Positions 21,855 through 31,723 are shown, counted from the stretch's first letter. The stretch is DNA of 32,000 nucleotides from Clostridia bacterium (GCA_045617125.1 JAZLIA010000114.1:3690-35689), one strand, 5' to 3'. Translations and numbers: made by a program. Notes: a model not told the origin generated them from the sequence alone.

Positions 21855-22394
21855 TCAGTCTCCGTCCCAAATCTTAGTCGCATTCATGTTCCGCACGCGC
21901 CAGCGGTCATTCTCGCGCATCAGGATCACGCTGTATTCCACGTTTTTCCAAACAGGAGGGGACGACGTAAGCCCTACCTCCTTCACCGTCTCGCGGAAGG
22001 AGGATTTCACCTTCCCGTCGATCGCGGGGATCCTTTCCACCACCGTAGCCGTAGCGGTATCCTCCCAAGGCCAGCACCACACCCATTTAAGCTCAAGACG
22101 ATGATCAAAACCCGTGATATTATAATAATACAGATAATAATTCAAACCATCCTGAGCATTTTTGATATCAGGATCCCGGTTCAGGTAGGAGGAATAGAAA
22201 TAGTCCGTCAGGTTTTCCTGGTTTTCGCCAGTCAGGATCAGGCGTGCTCTTTTCGCCATTCCATCCTTGAGCACCACCTGGATATTGTTGGCATTCATTG
22301 CATAATAGAACGAGGTCACGACCAGCCCCAGCACACAGCAAAGGATGAGCAGGCGGAAGACCACAAACCATATCAACTTTCTTAAGTATTTCAC
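21855..22394 (-). CDS. Membrane-anchored hypothetical protein
   Basis: 179 aa, GTG start at 22394 with RBS gggag 8 nt upstream. One N-terminal TM helix (LIWFVVFRLLILCCVLGLVVTSFYY) followed by a W/Y-rich soluble domain. Coding-like composition and tight packing with dus. Confidence 0.65.
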   Translation of the reverse strand: MKYLRKLIWFVVFRLLILCCVLGLVVTSFYYAMNANNIQVVLKDGMAKRARLILTGENQENLTDYFYSSYLNRDPDIKNAQDGLNYYLYYYNITGFDHRLELKWVWCWPWEDTATATVVERIPAIDGKVKSSFRETVKEVGLTSSPPVWKNVEYSVILMRENDRWRVRNMNATKIWDGD

Positions 22395-22421
22395 ATGTCT
22401 GTCTCCCGGATTTCAAAATAA

Positions 22422-22451
22422 CGGTGCCTGACGCAAACCGGTCAGGCACCG
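22422..22451 (-). terminator. Rho-independent terminator after ackA
   Basis: 11-bp stem cggtgcctgac / gtcaggcaccg with an 8-nt loop. On the minus strand it is followed by TTATTTTG. Lies 12 nt below the ackA stop. Confidence 0.75.
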
Positions 22452-22462
22452 CATCGGAATTC

Positions 22463-23695
22463 TTAAACTTTGGCAGTGACCAGGCCCAGCGTATCCAGCG
22501 CGATCGCCAGCTCTTCGTTGGTGGGGATCACCAGGATCTTCACCTTGCTGCCGGGAGCAGAAATCACAGCTTCCTGCACGTTGGGCCAGGAATACTTCCG
22601 GTTGAGCTCCTCATCCAACTCCGCGCCCATCCAGCCCATATCTTCCATGATGCTGGCACGGATACCACCGTTATTTTCACCGATACCGGCCGTAAACACG
22701 ATCGCATCCACTCCGCTCATTGCAGCGGCATAAGCGCCGATATATTTGCGAATGCCGTATACCAGCATATCTCTCGCCAGCTGTGCACGCTCATTACCGT
22801 TCTTCGCTGCTTCGTCTACCGTGCGCATGTCATTGGAGATGCCGCTGATTCCGATCAGACCGCTCTTTTTATTGCAGATCGCCAGCATCTCGTTGATGTT
22901 CAGGTTCTCATTGTTGCAGATATACTGAAGCACAGCCGGATCCAGATTGCCGCTGCGGGTGCCCATCAGCACACCTTCCAGGGGAGTGAGGCCCATGGAG
23001 GTATCCACGCACTTGCCGCCATCAACAGCGCTGAGAGAAGAACCGTTGCCCAGGTGGCACACGATCATCTTGAGCTCGGAAGGATCCTTCTGAAGGAATT
23101 CGGCGGCACGGCGGCTCACATAGCGGTGAGAGGTTCCGTGGAAGCCGTAGCGGCGTACATGAAGCTTTTCATAATACTCATAGGGCACGCCGTACATATA
23201 GGCTTTGGGCGGCATGGTCTGATGGAAGGCGGTGTCGAACACAGCCACCATGGGTGTTCCGGGCATCACTTCCTTGCAGGCCTGAATTCCCTGCAGATTG
23301 GCACGGTTGTGAAGCGGTCCCAGAGGAATATTATCCTCAATCACCTTTTCCACTTCAGGAGTGATGATCACAGATTCGGTGATCTGGCTTCCGCCATGCA
23401 GCACACGGTGACCCACAGCACCGATCTCGCTCATATCCTTGATGCAGCCCACATTTTCATCTGTCAGGTATTCGATCATCATGTTGCAGGCCTGTACATG
23501 ATTTTCGATCTTGGACTGATTCCACTTGACCTTATGGGCTTTTTCAGTATCGGGATCCCGGGTGTAGGTATGTTCGCCGGTTTCGGGCATACCGATATGC
23601 TCCACCAGGCCCTTGGCCAATACACGCTGATCTTCCATATCGATCAGCTGATACTTAAGTGAAGAGGAACCTGCATTCACAACCAGAATTTTCAT
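22463..23695 (-). CDS. ackA: Acetate kinase
   Basis: MKILVVNAGSSSLKYQL, GHRVLHGG, FDTAFHQTMP, RRYGFHGTSHRYV, TAGIGEN. RBS aaggag 8 nt upstream. Confidence 0.95.
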   Translation of the reverse strand: MKILVVNAGSSSLKYQLIDMEDQRVLAKGLVEHIGMPETGEHTYTRDPDTEKAHKVKWNQSKIENHVQACNMMIEYLTDENVGCIKDMSEIGAVGHRVLHGGSQITESVIITPEVEKVIEDNIPLGPLHNRANLQGIQACKEVMPGTPMVAVFDTAFHQTMPPKAYMYGVPYEYYEKLHVRRYGFHGTSHRYVSRRAAEFLQKDPSELKMIVCHLGNGSSLSAVDGGKCVDTSMGLTPLEGVLMGTRSGNLDPAVLQYICNNENLNINEMLAICNKKSGLIGISGISNDMRTVDEAAKNGNERAQLARDMLVYGIRKYIGAYAAAMSGVDAIVFTAGIGENNGGIRASIMEDMGWMGAELDEELNRKYSWPNVQEAVISAPGSKVKILVIPTNEELAIALDTLGLVTAKV

Positions 23696-23760
23696 GTTCT
23701 TTACTCCTTTATTTCACCGGAACCAAACAGCTCCGGCGATAATACACAGCTTGATTTGTT

Positions 23761-24630
23761 TTACGGCCGTACGATGCTGAGTCCCCCAGCCGCGAGGGAA
23801 AGCTCCGCACAGTCCATCTGCTGGATCTCACCGTCGATATTTACCCGCATTCCCTTGCAGGAAAAGCGGATCTTGCGTGCTTTCATATGGACCGTCTCCG
23901 GGAAGGTCAGGATCTTGCCCATCAAAAGCTTCACCAGATAGATGGGCAGCTTAGCGCGTTTCACATCCCGCACGATCACCACATCAAAATTGCCGTCATC
24001 CGGCACCGCATCCGGGCAGACACAGATCCCTCCCCCAATAATGCGGCCGTTTCCGGCAGCAAAGACCAGCACATCCTCGGTCACTTCCCTGCCGTCATCC
24101 AGAGTGTAGGTAAGGCGGGTGGATCTGTAGTGAATAATGGTGCAGATCACACCGTAAAGATAAGGCAAAATGCCTTTGACCACTTTTTTTGCTTTCTGTG
24201 CATAGTCCAGCACGCACACGTCAAAGCCGGTACCGCATTCGTTGGCAAAAGCCTGTCCATTGATCACACCCGCATCGGTCGGACGGGGACGGCCCGTCAG
24301 AGCCACATCAAGTGCCTTCATGGGATCAGAAGGAAGCTGCAGGGTTTTGATAAAATCGTTCCCGGTCCCGGCGGGAATAATACCCATGGGCACACCCGCA
24401 CCGTTCAGACCGCGCACCACTTCACTCACCGTTCCGTCTCCGCCGATCACCAGGATCTTTTCAGCGTTTTTCCGGACAGCCTCTCGCGCCAGTTCTTCTC
24501 CATGCCCGCTCTGTCTGGTTACCAACACTTCAAACGGGATCCCTTTTTCCTTCAGTACCTGTTCTACTTTATCGCATACCGATTTCGCATGTCCGTTACC
24601 CGCTGCCGGGTTCATGATCAGGTAATACAC
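23761..24630 (-). CDS. Diacylglycerol kinase-family lipid kinase (YegS/BmrU type)
   Basis: GTG start at 24630 preceded by ggaggaa, giving YYLIMNPAAGNG. ILVIGGDGTVSEVV, IPAGTGNDF. 289 aa. Confidence 0.85.
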   Translation of the reverse strand: MYYLIMNPAAGNGHAKSVCDKVEQVLKEKGIPFEVLVTRQSGHGEELAREAVRKNAEKILVIGGDGTVSEVVRGLNGAGVPMGIIPAGTGNDFIKTLQLPSDPMKALDVALTGRPRPTDAGVINGQAFANECGTGFDVCVLDYAQKAKKVVKGILPYLYGVICTIIHYRSTRLTYTLDDGREVTEDVLVFAAGNGRIIGGGICVCPDAVPDDGNFDVVIVRDVKRAKLPIYLVKLLMGKILTFPETVHMKARKIRFSCKGMRVNIDGEIQQMDCAELSLAAGGLSIVRP

Positions 24631-24663
24631 TGTGTTGTTCCTCCGCAGCTTGTTATAGAGGTA

Positions 24664-25905
24664 TTACTCCGCTTTCTGCATCTGAACTGCCATTTTCCAG
24701 GCTTCCGCAAGCTGAATATCACTCATATCGCCCATTTCAAACAGCACATTCTGCTGTTCCTCCGGCTGCTCCACGACCACATCCGGTGTGATACCGATAC
24801 CATGGACCGGATTTCCGGAGGAGGTGTAATATTGTGCACAGGTGAACTGCATCCCGTCACCGTCATCTCCGCTGAGTGGGATCACATACTGAATAATGCC
24901 CTTGCCGAAGCTTTGGGTGCCCATCACCGTGGCCCGTCCCAGATCCTGAAGCCCGCCGGCAAGGATCTCACTGGAGGAAGCGCTGTTCCCGTTCATTAGG
25001 ATCACCATGGGAATATCATCCTTACCGTCATCCATCCAGTAATCCTCACGGGTCCCGAAACGATCCTCTGCATAAAACAGCAGGCTCTTATCCACGAACA
25101 GGTCCGCAATATATTCGGCAGACGCGACCCATCCGCCGGGATTGTCTCTCAGGTCCAGCACCAGACTCTTTGCCCCATCAGCACGCAGAGCGGTAAGTGC
25201 ATCTTCCACTGCCTTGTCAGAATCACCGGCAAACTCATAAAGCAGAATATAGCCTACCTGATCCTCCAGCATGGTGTAATCCACACGGTTGATCTGGATC
25301 TGCGCACGGGGAATGGTAAACTGAAGGGGCTCTGTTCCGCGCAGGACCTCGATGTTCACATAGGTATCTGGAGTTCCCCGCATCACATTCACAGCAGCCT
25401 GCAACGTTTCCGGATACACATCAATATCCTCCACCCGGATAAGCAGATCCCCCTTGTGCACGCCGGCGCGCTCAGACGGAGTATCCTTGAACACCCGTGT
25501 CACGGTCACGGTCTCCGTGTTATAATCTGCCAGAAGCTGTAAACCGATCCCGGCATAAGCGCCTTCATCGTCATCCTGAGACTCGCTCCACTCCTGAGGA
25601 TTGTAGTAGAAGGTGTAGCGATCCTCCAAACCGGCAAGAAGGCCGCGCTGAGCCATTTCGAGCATGGCATCCACATCCGGTTCCTTGTAATAATATGCCT
25701 CAATGTAGGCGATCATTTCCTCCATTTTGGCATACCGCTCGCTCAGAGCAAGCAATTCCTCATACTCGGTCTTCCTGACGGTGACCGTTTCATTATTCTT
25801 ACCGCTGATCAGGTCCAGCAATCCTGTGGCAGAGGCATCCAGGGCCAATGCCATGCTGAACACGACAAGCACTGCGATCACAAAGAACCTCACTTTGTTT
25901 TTCAT
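24664..25905 (-). CDS. S41 family carboxy-terminal processing peptidase with PDZ domain
   Basis: I start it at ATG 25905 (MKNKVRFFVIAVLVV, signal anchor) with RBS ggagg 5 nt upstream. PDZ segment GIGLQL...VTRVFKDTPSERAGVHKGDLLI. Catalytic region LDLRDNPGGW, NGNSASSSEILAGGLQD, GTQSFGKG. Confidence 0.9.
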   Translation of the reverse strand: MKNKVRFFVIAVLVVFSMALALDASATGLLDLISGKNNETVTVRKTEYEELLALSERYAKMEEMIAYIEAYYYKEPDVDAMLEMAQRGLLAGLEDRYTFYYNPQEWSESQDDDEGAYAGIGLQLLADYNTETVTVTRVFKDTPSERAGVHKGDLLIRVEDIDVYPETLQAAVNVMRGTPDTYVNIEVLRGTEPLQFTIPRAQIQINRVDYTMLEDQVGYILLYEFAGDSDKAVEDALTALRADGAKSLVLDLRDNPGGWVASAEYIADLFVDKSLLFYAEDRFGTREDYWMDDGKDDIPMVILMNGNSASSSEILAGGLQDLGRATVMGTQSFGKGIIQYVIPLSGDDGDGMQFTCAQYYTSSGNPVHGIGITPDVVVEQPEEQQNVLFEMGDMSDIQLAEAWKMAVQMQKAE

Positions 25906-25922
25906 TCTGTCCTCCATACGGT

Positions 25923-26972
25923 TCATTGATTATTTCTGCACTTTTCCATATCAAACAGCATTTTAAACGTCACAGCATCATCAAAGCGCCTCAGATCCAG
26001 GCCTGTTTGTCTCTGCACCTTATCCAGACGGTAGACCAGCGTGTTTCTGTGAATATACAGTTGTCTTGCCGTATCTGAAAGGTTCAGATCCTTTTTAAAG
26101 AACATTTCAATGGTCTGCAGCATTTCATCGCTGAAAAGGCGGCTGTTTTCCTGATTGAAGAGCAGCCCGTGATAATGCATGGCCGTTTCGGATGAAAGGG
26201 TGGAAAGGAACCGTTCCAGCATCAGGCTGTAATAGATCAGAACATGCTCGTCCGGACGGAATACACGGCCGATCTCCAACGCACGGCGGGCCTGACGGTA
26301 GCTGTTATGCAGTTCAGAAACGTCCTTGATGATATTTCCAATGCCTACCGATACAATAAGCCCTGTCTCGTTCATGACCGTTTCATTCAGGGCGCATGCA
26401 AACTGCTTCAGATCCTCAATTTCCTCATCAGGCTGCACAGTTTTGATCAGCGCGGCAGTGTGCCTGTCAATGCTCACCATCACATCGCCATCGTCTCTTG
26501 GCATATATTCGTTCAGGATCTCATAGGTGTTGGATTTCTGCACCTGCACCATATGCATCAGAAGGACACAGCGGTCTGCTATGCGCTTCACCCGGTATTC
26601 ATCCACTACAGCATCCAGTTCGGAGAGCACCAGTTCATTCTGAAGAAGCTTCTGATACGCATTATTCACATCATTGACAACAGCTGAGGCATCCGCCATC
26701 GCACCGATCAGAGCGTCTGCCAGGATAAACACGTTACGGGATGCTTCATCATCCGGGCAGGATGCAAGCAGCACCATCCAGGGAATACTGCGGGATGCCA
26801 TGTACATTTTTCCGTCGCTGTACACCGTTATGCCCCGCTCCGGTAATTCGGGCAGGGGATAACATGCATCGTTATCCGGGATCAGGCTGTTTCCCTCCCG
26901 ATCCGTCACGATCACCTGTACAGACAATGCTTCAAGAGTCTTCTGAAGCTTGGGCAGATAATTCTGGGTCAT
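25923..26972 (-). CDS. PucR/CdaR-family transcriptional regulator
   Basis: C-terminal PucR-type HTH LNLSDTARQLYIHRNTLVYRLDKVQRQTGLDLR. 349 aa. RBS ggagga 6 nt upstream of ATG 26972. Confidence 0.85.
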   Translation of the reverse strand: MTQNYLPKLQKTLEALSVQVIVTDREGNSLIPDNDACYPLPELPERGITVYSDGKMYMASRSIPWMVLLASCPDDEASRNVFILADALIGAMADASAVVNDVNNAYQKLLQNELVLSELDAVVDEYRVKRIADRCVLLMHMVQVQKSNTYEILNEYMPRDDGDVMVSIDRHTAALIKTVQPDEEIEDLKQFACALNETVMNETGLIVSVGIGNIIKDVSELHNSYRQARRALEIGRVFRPDEHVLIYYSLMLERFLSTLSSETAMHYHGLLFNQENSRLFSDEMLQTIEMFFKKDLNLSDTARQLYIHRNTLVYRLDKVQRQTGLDLRRFDDAVTFKMLFDMEKCRNNQ

Positions 26973-27010
26973 CTCGATCCTCCGGAAAAAAGCACGAATA
27001 TATCAAGCTG

Positions 27011-27019
27011 ATTATAGCA
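27011..27019 (-). promoter_or_regulatory. Extended -10 promoter element upstream of the PucR-family gene
   Basis: The minus strand reads TGCTATAAT (TGn + TATAAT), about 40 nt upstream of ATG 26972. Weak -35 TTCCCA at 17 nt. Confidence 0.5.
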
Positions 27020-27098
27020 CATTCATCATGGAATGGGAACCCCCAAAGGAAATGCGACGCGATTCTGTCATATTGTTGCGAAAGACACGCAAAACAAC

Positions 27099-28295
27099 TT
27101 AAAGATGCAGTGTCAGCGCACCATACACGGAAAAAGCCAGGGAAAACAGAAAGATCACCGTCTCCGCACCAGTCAGGCGGCGCTTTTCCGTTTGGAGATA
27201 CAAGGCTCCGTAAAGGATGAGATCGCAGGTGTATCTGGCACCGAACTGGAAACCGCCGAAGGTACGGTGGAGCAGCAGCAAAAACAGATGTAAAAGACAT
27301 GTGAGCAGTATACATCCGCCCTTCACCGGCTTCTTCCCCTGAAAAAGATCCTGAAAAAACCAGACAAGCATCAGGGGAAGAACCGGATTGGCGATCAGCA
27401 TGCAGAAGCCGAACTGCTGAAGATTCAAAGTTTTTCCGCCGTCCAGGGAGTAAAAAGGCATTCGAAGCACAAAATTTTTCAGATTGTTCGGTACATGGGA
27501 AAGTGAAAACTGCACACCTCCTTGGAAAGAAAACTCCGGCAGGTAATTATGACCGAATTCAAAAGGATCTCCAAAGCGCAGCAGATTATAAACGCCATAG
27601 GCACAGGCAATAACCAATCCTGCCAGCACACCAGGGAGCAGCTTTTTTACAACCTGGCGGGGAGTTTTGTGCGCCCTGTACTGCTGGACCAGTGTTCCCA
27701 TGCCGATCAGAACACCGTAAAGTACATTGAACGGACGGCATCCCACTGAAAGGGCAAAACAGATAAGCCCGCCGGTCGGTTTATCGAAGGAAAAAAGCAG
27801 GATGCATCCGGCAATCAGAGCAAACCCCAGCAATTGTGCATGATACCAAACCGCGCCATTCATGCAAAGGGGCAATATGCAGGAAGCATAACACAGGAAA
27901 AAAGCATAGCCTCCGGCTGAAAAACAGTCCTGTCCCTTTTTCCGGAAAGCAAAATACAGGCACAGGCATGAAAATGTCATATACAGCACCATCAGCAGGT
28001 TATCCGGCGTGTCAAAACCGAAAAGAAAGGTAAGCGGCAGCTCCACAAGCGACGGAACTGGCGGGAAAGATACATAATACTCGTTTTCATACACCGCCAA
28101 TTCCAGCGCGGGCACATCCTCCGGAAGATGAAGCAGGCCCTCCCTCCAGGCCATTGCCTGCCTCGTATAGGTGTTATAGTAGGTTGGCCCAAACAGATCC
28201 GTTCCGTTTGCCAGATGAAGCATTGCAGGCAAAAGCAGGCATAAGCACAGCAGGATCAGTGGAATCAGCACGCTTTTCCTTCTTCTTTCACTCAT
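27099..28295 (-). CDS. Polytopic membrane protein, GT-C fold (ArnT/PMT_2-like) glycosyltransferase candidate
   Basis: About 398 aa with more than 10 hydrophobic helices. The first extracytoplasmic loop PEDVPALELAVYENEYYVSFPPVPSL resembles the acidic-loop/hPP motif of GT39/GT83-type enzymes. ATG 28295 has ggagg 8 nt upstream and overlaps the metH stop by 8 nt. Confidence 0.5.
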   Translation of the reverse strand: MSERRRKSVLIPLILLCLCLLLPAMLHLANGTDLFGPTYYNTYTRQAMAWREGLLHLPEDVPALELAVYENEYYVSFPPVPSLVELPLTFLFGFDTPDNLLMVLYMTFSCLCLYFAFRKKGQDCFSAGGYAFFLCYASCILPLCMNGAVWYHAQLLGFALIAGCILLFSFDKPTGGLICFALSVGCRPFNVLYGVLIGMGTLVQQYRAHKTPRQVVKKLLPGVLAGLVIACAYGVYNLLRFGDPFEFGHNYLPEFSFQGGVQFSLSHVPNNLKNFVLRMPFYSLDGGKTLNLQQFGFCMLIANPVLPLMLVWFFQDLFQGKKPVKGGCILLTCLLHLFLLLLHRTFGGFQFGARYTCDLILYGALYLQTEKRRLTGAETVIFLFSLAFSVYGALTLHL

Positions 28296-30723
28296 CCTCA
28301 TTTCCTCCGTCCGCCTGTTTCCCGCAGGCTTCAAGGGCCCCCCTCACAGTCGACATTGCATCGGGAACATACAGATCCGCTCCCAGTTTTTCCGCATACT
28401 CCCGTGTGAGCACCGCTCCCCCAACCGCAACACGGCAGAAAGGAGCCTCCTTTTTCAGCAGAGCCACCGTTTCCGCCATTGCGGGCAGAGTGGTCGTCAT
28501 CAGCGCGGAAAGGCCGCAGAACCGACACCGGTTTTCCAAAACAGCATCCGCTACCCGGCGCGCAGGCACGTCCTTTCCAAGATCGATCACCCGGAATCCA
28601 TAGTTTCTGAGCAGCATTCCGGCAATGTTCTTACCGATATCGTGCACATCGCCTTTGACCGAAGCCAACACGACCGAAGGTTTCTCTCTATTCTCCGCCC
28701 TTTCCGCTTTCCGGCTAAGAAGCTCAAAGCAAGCGCTTACCGTGTCGGCGCTCGCGATCATCTGGGGCAGAAAAATACGTTTGGCTTCATATTCCTGTCC
28801 CACCCGGTCAAGCGCGGGGATCAGTTCTCCGTTAATGATATCGACCGGTTCTCGCTTCTGTTCCAGCATTTCCCGCGTCATTCTGCAGGCATCCGCCTTC
28901 AATCCTCTCAGCACAGCCCGTGAAAGAGACTCCGTTTCATCAGAAAGACGCTTATCATCTTTAAGGCGCTTCTTTTCCGGAGGGACTGCACCGTTTCCCG
29001 TTTTTTCAGCAAACGTGATATACCTTTGACACCCTTCATCCTGCCCTCTCAGAAGAAGGAAAGAACAGTAAGCATTCATCATTTCCCTGGAATCGGGATT
29101 CATAATGGCTGCAGACAGTCCCTGCTGCAAGGCAAGGATGAAAAACACACTGTTCACTCCATCCCGGCAGGGCAGCCCGAAGGAAACGTTGCTCACCCCA
29201 AGACATACCCGGGCATGAAGCTTTTCCCTGATCATTTGGATCGTTTTCAGAGTCACCTCGGCGGCGGAAGGATCCGCGCTCACAGAAAGAGTGAGCGGGT
29301 CAAAGATCAGATCTTCTTTTTCCAGGCTGTATTTTTCCGCCTCCTTGAGCAGCTTCACGGCCAAACGGAAACGTCCTTCCGCATCCATTGGGATGCCGTT
29401 TTCATCCAGGGTGAGACAGATGAGCATGCTTCCGTATTTTTTCGCAAGCGGAAACACCCGGTCCATGCTCTCCTGTCCGGCATTCACCGAATTGATCAGC
29501 GCCCTTCCCGGATAGACTCTCAGCGCCGCAGAAAGGGCAGCAGGATCCGCCGAATCCGGAACGAGCGGCAGATCTGTGACCGTCTGCAGCTCCCGGATCA
29601 CACGCGGCAGCATTTCCCTTTCACTTACCCCAGGCGCTCCGGTATTCACATCCAGCAGATGAGCGCCCCCCTCTTCCTGCTTTATGGCTTCATTCAGAAT
29701 ATAGCCAAGATCATTTTCCGCAAGAGCACGGCGAAAACGCGGTTTTCCGGTAGGGTTGATCCTCTCTCCGATCAAAACCGGTTTATTCCCGAAGCGCACC
29801 GTGCGGGAAAGGGAGGTCACCGCGGCACGGTGTCGCATATCCCGCTCCGGAGGGATCCTGTTTTTATACAACCGGACCAGTGCTGCAATAGAGTCAGGAT
29901 CGGTCCCGCAGCAGCCCCCCACTGCGTTCACTCCGCCCTGCACTGCGCTTTCCATTTCCCATGCAAAGCTTTCCGGGGTCACTGCAAACACGGTGTTTTC
30001 GTTCTTCACCTCCGGAAGCCCGGCATTGGGTTTGAAAAAGACCGGAACCGGACTGAACTCAAGATACTCCCTTACGATCCCTGAAAGCTGTTTAGGACCA
30101 TAGGAACAATTGACGCCTACCGCATCGGCTCCCATATGTCCCAAAGCCGTCACGACCGTTTCAGGGTCTGCTCCCGTAAGCAAACGCCCTTCCTTTTCCC
30201 AGGCATTACTGACAAACACCGGCAGATCACAAGTTTCCTTAGCCGCAAGCAATGCCGCCCGGGCCTCGGCAAGATCCGTCATCGTTTCGATCAGGATCAG
30301 ATCCACCCCCGCTTCGGCGCCCATACGGATGCTTTCGCTGAAAACACGCACTGCATCCTCCGGGTCTGTATTCCCCGTCGGCTGAAGCATTCGTCCAAGC
30401 GGGCTCACATCCAGAGCCACCCATTTAGGCTGCACGCCTGTGCTCTCCTCCGCAGCTTCCCGCGCATTTTTAACTGCGGAAAAAATGATTTTTTTAAGAA
30501 TTTCGCGGTCATACTGCATCAGATGTGCCCCAAAGGTATTGGTGCACACCACATTGCTTCCTGCATCGAAATAAGCCCGGTGTACTTTTTTCACTTCTCC
30601 GGGATGAGTGAGATTCCACATGCAGGGAGCTTCACCTGCTCTGAGACCTGTTTTCTGAAGCTGAGTACCCATCGCACCATCCAGAAAAAGCAGATGTTCT
30701 CTCATATATTCGGTAATCTTCAA
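28288..30723 (-). CDS. metH: Cobalamin-dependent methionine synthase, short form lacking the AdoMet reactivation domain
   Basis: Hcy-binding domain (FLDGAMGTQL, GGCCGTDP). Pterin-binding domain (IGERINPTGKPRFRRAL). B12 domain (GDVHDIGKNI, SALMTTTL, VAVGGA). Ends at residue 811. Apparent TTG start at 30723 with RBS aagggga 7 nt upstream. Confidence 0.9.
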   Translation of the reverse strand: MKITEYMREHLLFLDGAMGTQLQKTGLRAGEAPCMWNLTHPGEVKKVHRAYFDAGSNVVCTNTFGAHLMQYDREILKKIIFSAVKNAREAAEESTGVQPKWVALDVSPLGRMLQPTGNTDPEDAVRVFSESIRMGAEAGVDLILIETMTDLAEARAALLAAKETCDLPVFVSNAWEKEGRLLTGADPETVVTALGHMGADAVGVNCSYGPKQLSGIVREYLEFSPVPVFFKPNAGLPEVKNENTVFAVTPESFAWEMESAVQGGVNAVGGCCGTDPDSIAALVRLYKNRIPPERDMRHRAAVTSLSRTVRFGNKPVLIGERINPTGKPRFRRALAENDLGYILNEAIKQEEGGAHLLDVNTGAPGVSEREMLPRVIRELQTVTDLPLVPDSADPAALSAALRVYPGRALINSVNAGQESMDRVFPLAKKYGSMLICLTLDENGIPMDAEGRFRLAVKLLKEAEKYSLEKEDLIFDPLTLSVSADPSAAEVTLKTIQMIREKLHARVCLGVSNVSFGLPCRDGVNSVFFILALQQGLSAAIMNPDSREMMNAYCSFLLLRGQDEGCQRYITFAEKTGNGAVPPEKKRLKDDKRLSDETESLSRAVLRGLKADACRMTREMLEQKREPVDIINGELIPALDRVGQEYEAKRIFLPQMIASADTVSACFELLSRKAERAENREKPSVVLASVKGDVHDIGKNIAGMLLRNYGFRVIDLGKDVPARRVADAVLENRCRFCGLSALMTTTLPAMAETVALLKKEAPFCRVAVGGAVLTREYAEKLGADLYVPDAMSTVRGALEACGKQADGGNEDE

Positions 30724-30753
30724 TGCTTTATCCCCTTTCCCGAAACCGGCCCA

Positions 30754-31623
30754 TTACCCTAACATGTCCGACAGATTATCCATGATCTTTCGGGCCACAT
30801 CCGCGTTGTTCATCGTGTACACATGCACATTCCGGCTTCCATTCATAAACAGGTCGATAATCTGATCGGTCGCATAGTCGATCCCTGCCTGCTTCATGGC
30901 TTCAGGTGAAGAACCGAACCGCTCCACCAGGCTTAGAAAACGATGCGGAATAAAGCTGCCAGACAGCTTCACCGCCCGTTCCAGCTGCTTTAAGTTGATG
31001 ATGGGCATGATTCCGGGGATCACGGGAACCTGTATTCCCGCTTCACGTATTTTGTCAAGAAAACTGTACAGGATCGCGTTGTCAAAAAACATCTGCGTAG
31101 TCAGAAAATCACATCCGGCTTCCACCTTCTGAGCAAGATGCAGGATATCCTCCCGACTGTCTGCACATTCAGGATGCGTTTCAGGATAACACGCGCCTCC
31201 GATACACACGCCCCCCGCTCTGTTTCTCAATTCGCGTATCAGATCTGCCGCGTGGGGATATTCCCGCACCGGGTTTTCTTTCATATCCGCCGACATATCG
31301 CCTCTCAGCGCCATCACGTTGCTGATGCCGGCAGTCCTTATCTCTTCGATACGCTTCAGCACGCTTTCTCTGGTTGCACACACACAGGTCATGTGAGCCA
31401 GCACAGGAACGTGAAATTCCTCCTTGATGTGCTTTGCGATCTCCAGCGTGTAGTGGCCCGTACCGCCTCCCGCTCCATAGGTGACCGACATGAAACGGGG
31501 TCTCAACTGCGCGATCTTTTCCGTGGCTGTCCTCACGCTGTCAAAAGCAGTGTCCGCCTTGGGTGGAAACACTTCAAAGCTGACAGAACATTTTTCTTCT
31601 TTCAGAAGCTCTGTGATCTTCAT
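30754..31623 (-). CDS. metF: 5,10-methylenetetrahydrofolate reductase
   Basis: MKITELLKEEKCSVSFEVFPPK, SVTYGAGG, HMTC, LALRGD-like NVMALRGD, FLTTQMFFD. 289 aa. Confidence 0.92.
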   Translation of the reverse strand: MKITELLKEEKCSVSFEVFPPKADTAFDSVRTATEKIAQLRPRFMSVTYGAGGGTGHYTLEIAKHIKEEFHVPVLAHMTCVCATRESVLKRIEEIRTAGISNVMALRGDMSADMKENPVREYPHAADLIRELRNRAGGVCIGGACYPETHPECADSREDILHLAQKVEAGCDFLTTQMFFDNAILYSFLDKIREAGIQVPVIPGIMPIINLKQLERAVKLSGSFIPHRFLSLVERFGSSPEAMKQAGIDYATDQIIDLFMNGSRNVHVYTMNNADVARKIMDNLSDMLG

Positions 31624-31678
31624 TTTTTCATTCCGGTCTTTTGCAGCCGTACTCCTCCATTATTCCCTCACGATGCGC

Positions 31679-31723
31679 AAAAACCGGCTCCTTATCTGCA
31701 ATTTTCATGCATCAAGGGGCCGG
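31679..31723 (-). terminator. Terminator-like hairpin between the upstream gene and metF
   Basis: The minus-strand RNA forms CCGGCCCCUU...AAGGAGCCGG (9 of 10 bp, one C-A mismatch, 20-nt loop) followed by UUUUUG. It lies 38 nt after the upstream stop and 56 nt before the metF ATG. Confidence 0.55.

Noticed and set aside
23696-23760. Possible terminator between the lipid kinase gene and ackA (ccgga...tccgg).
   Set aside because: It has only a 5-bp stem with a 10-nt loop and no U tract, which is too weak to call. The spacer more likely holds the ackA RBS and perhaps a weak TATTAT -10.
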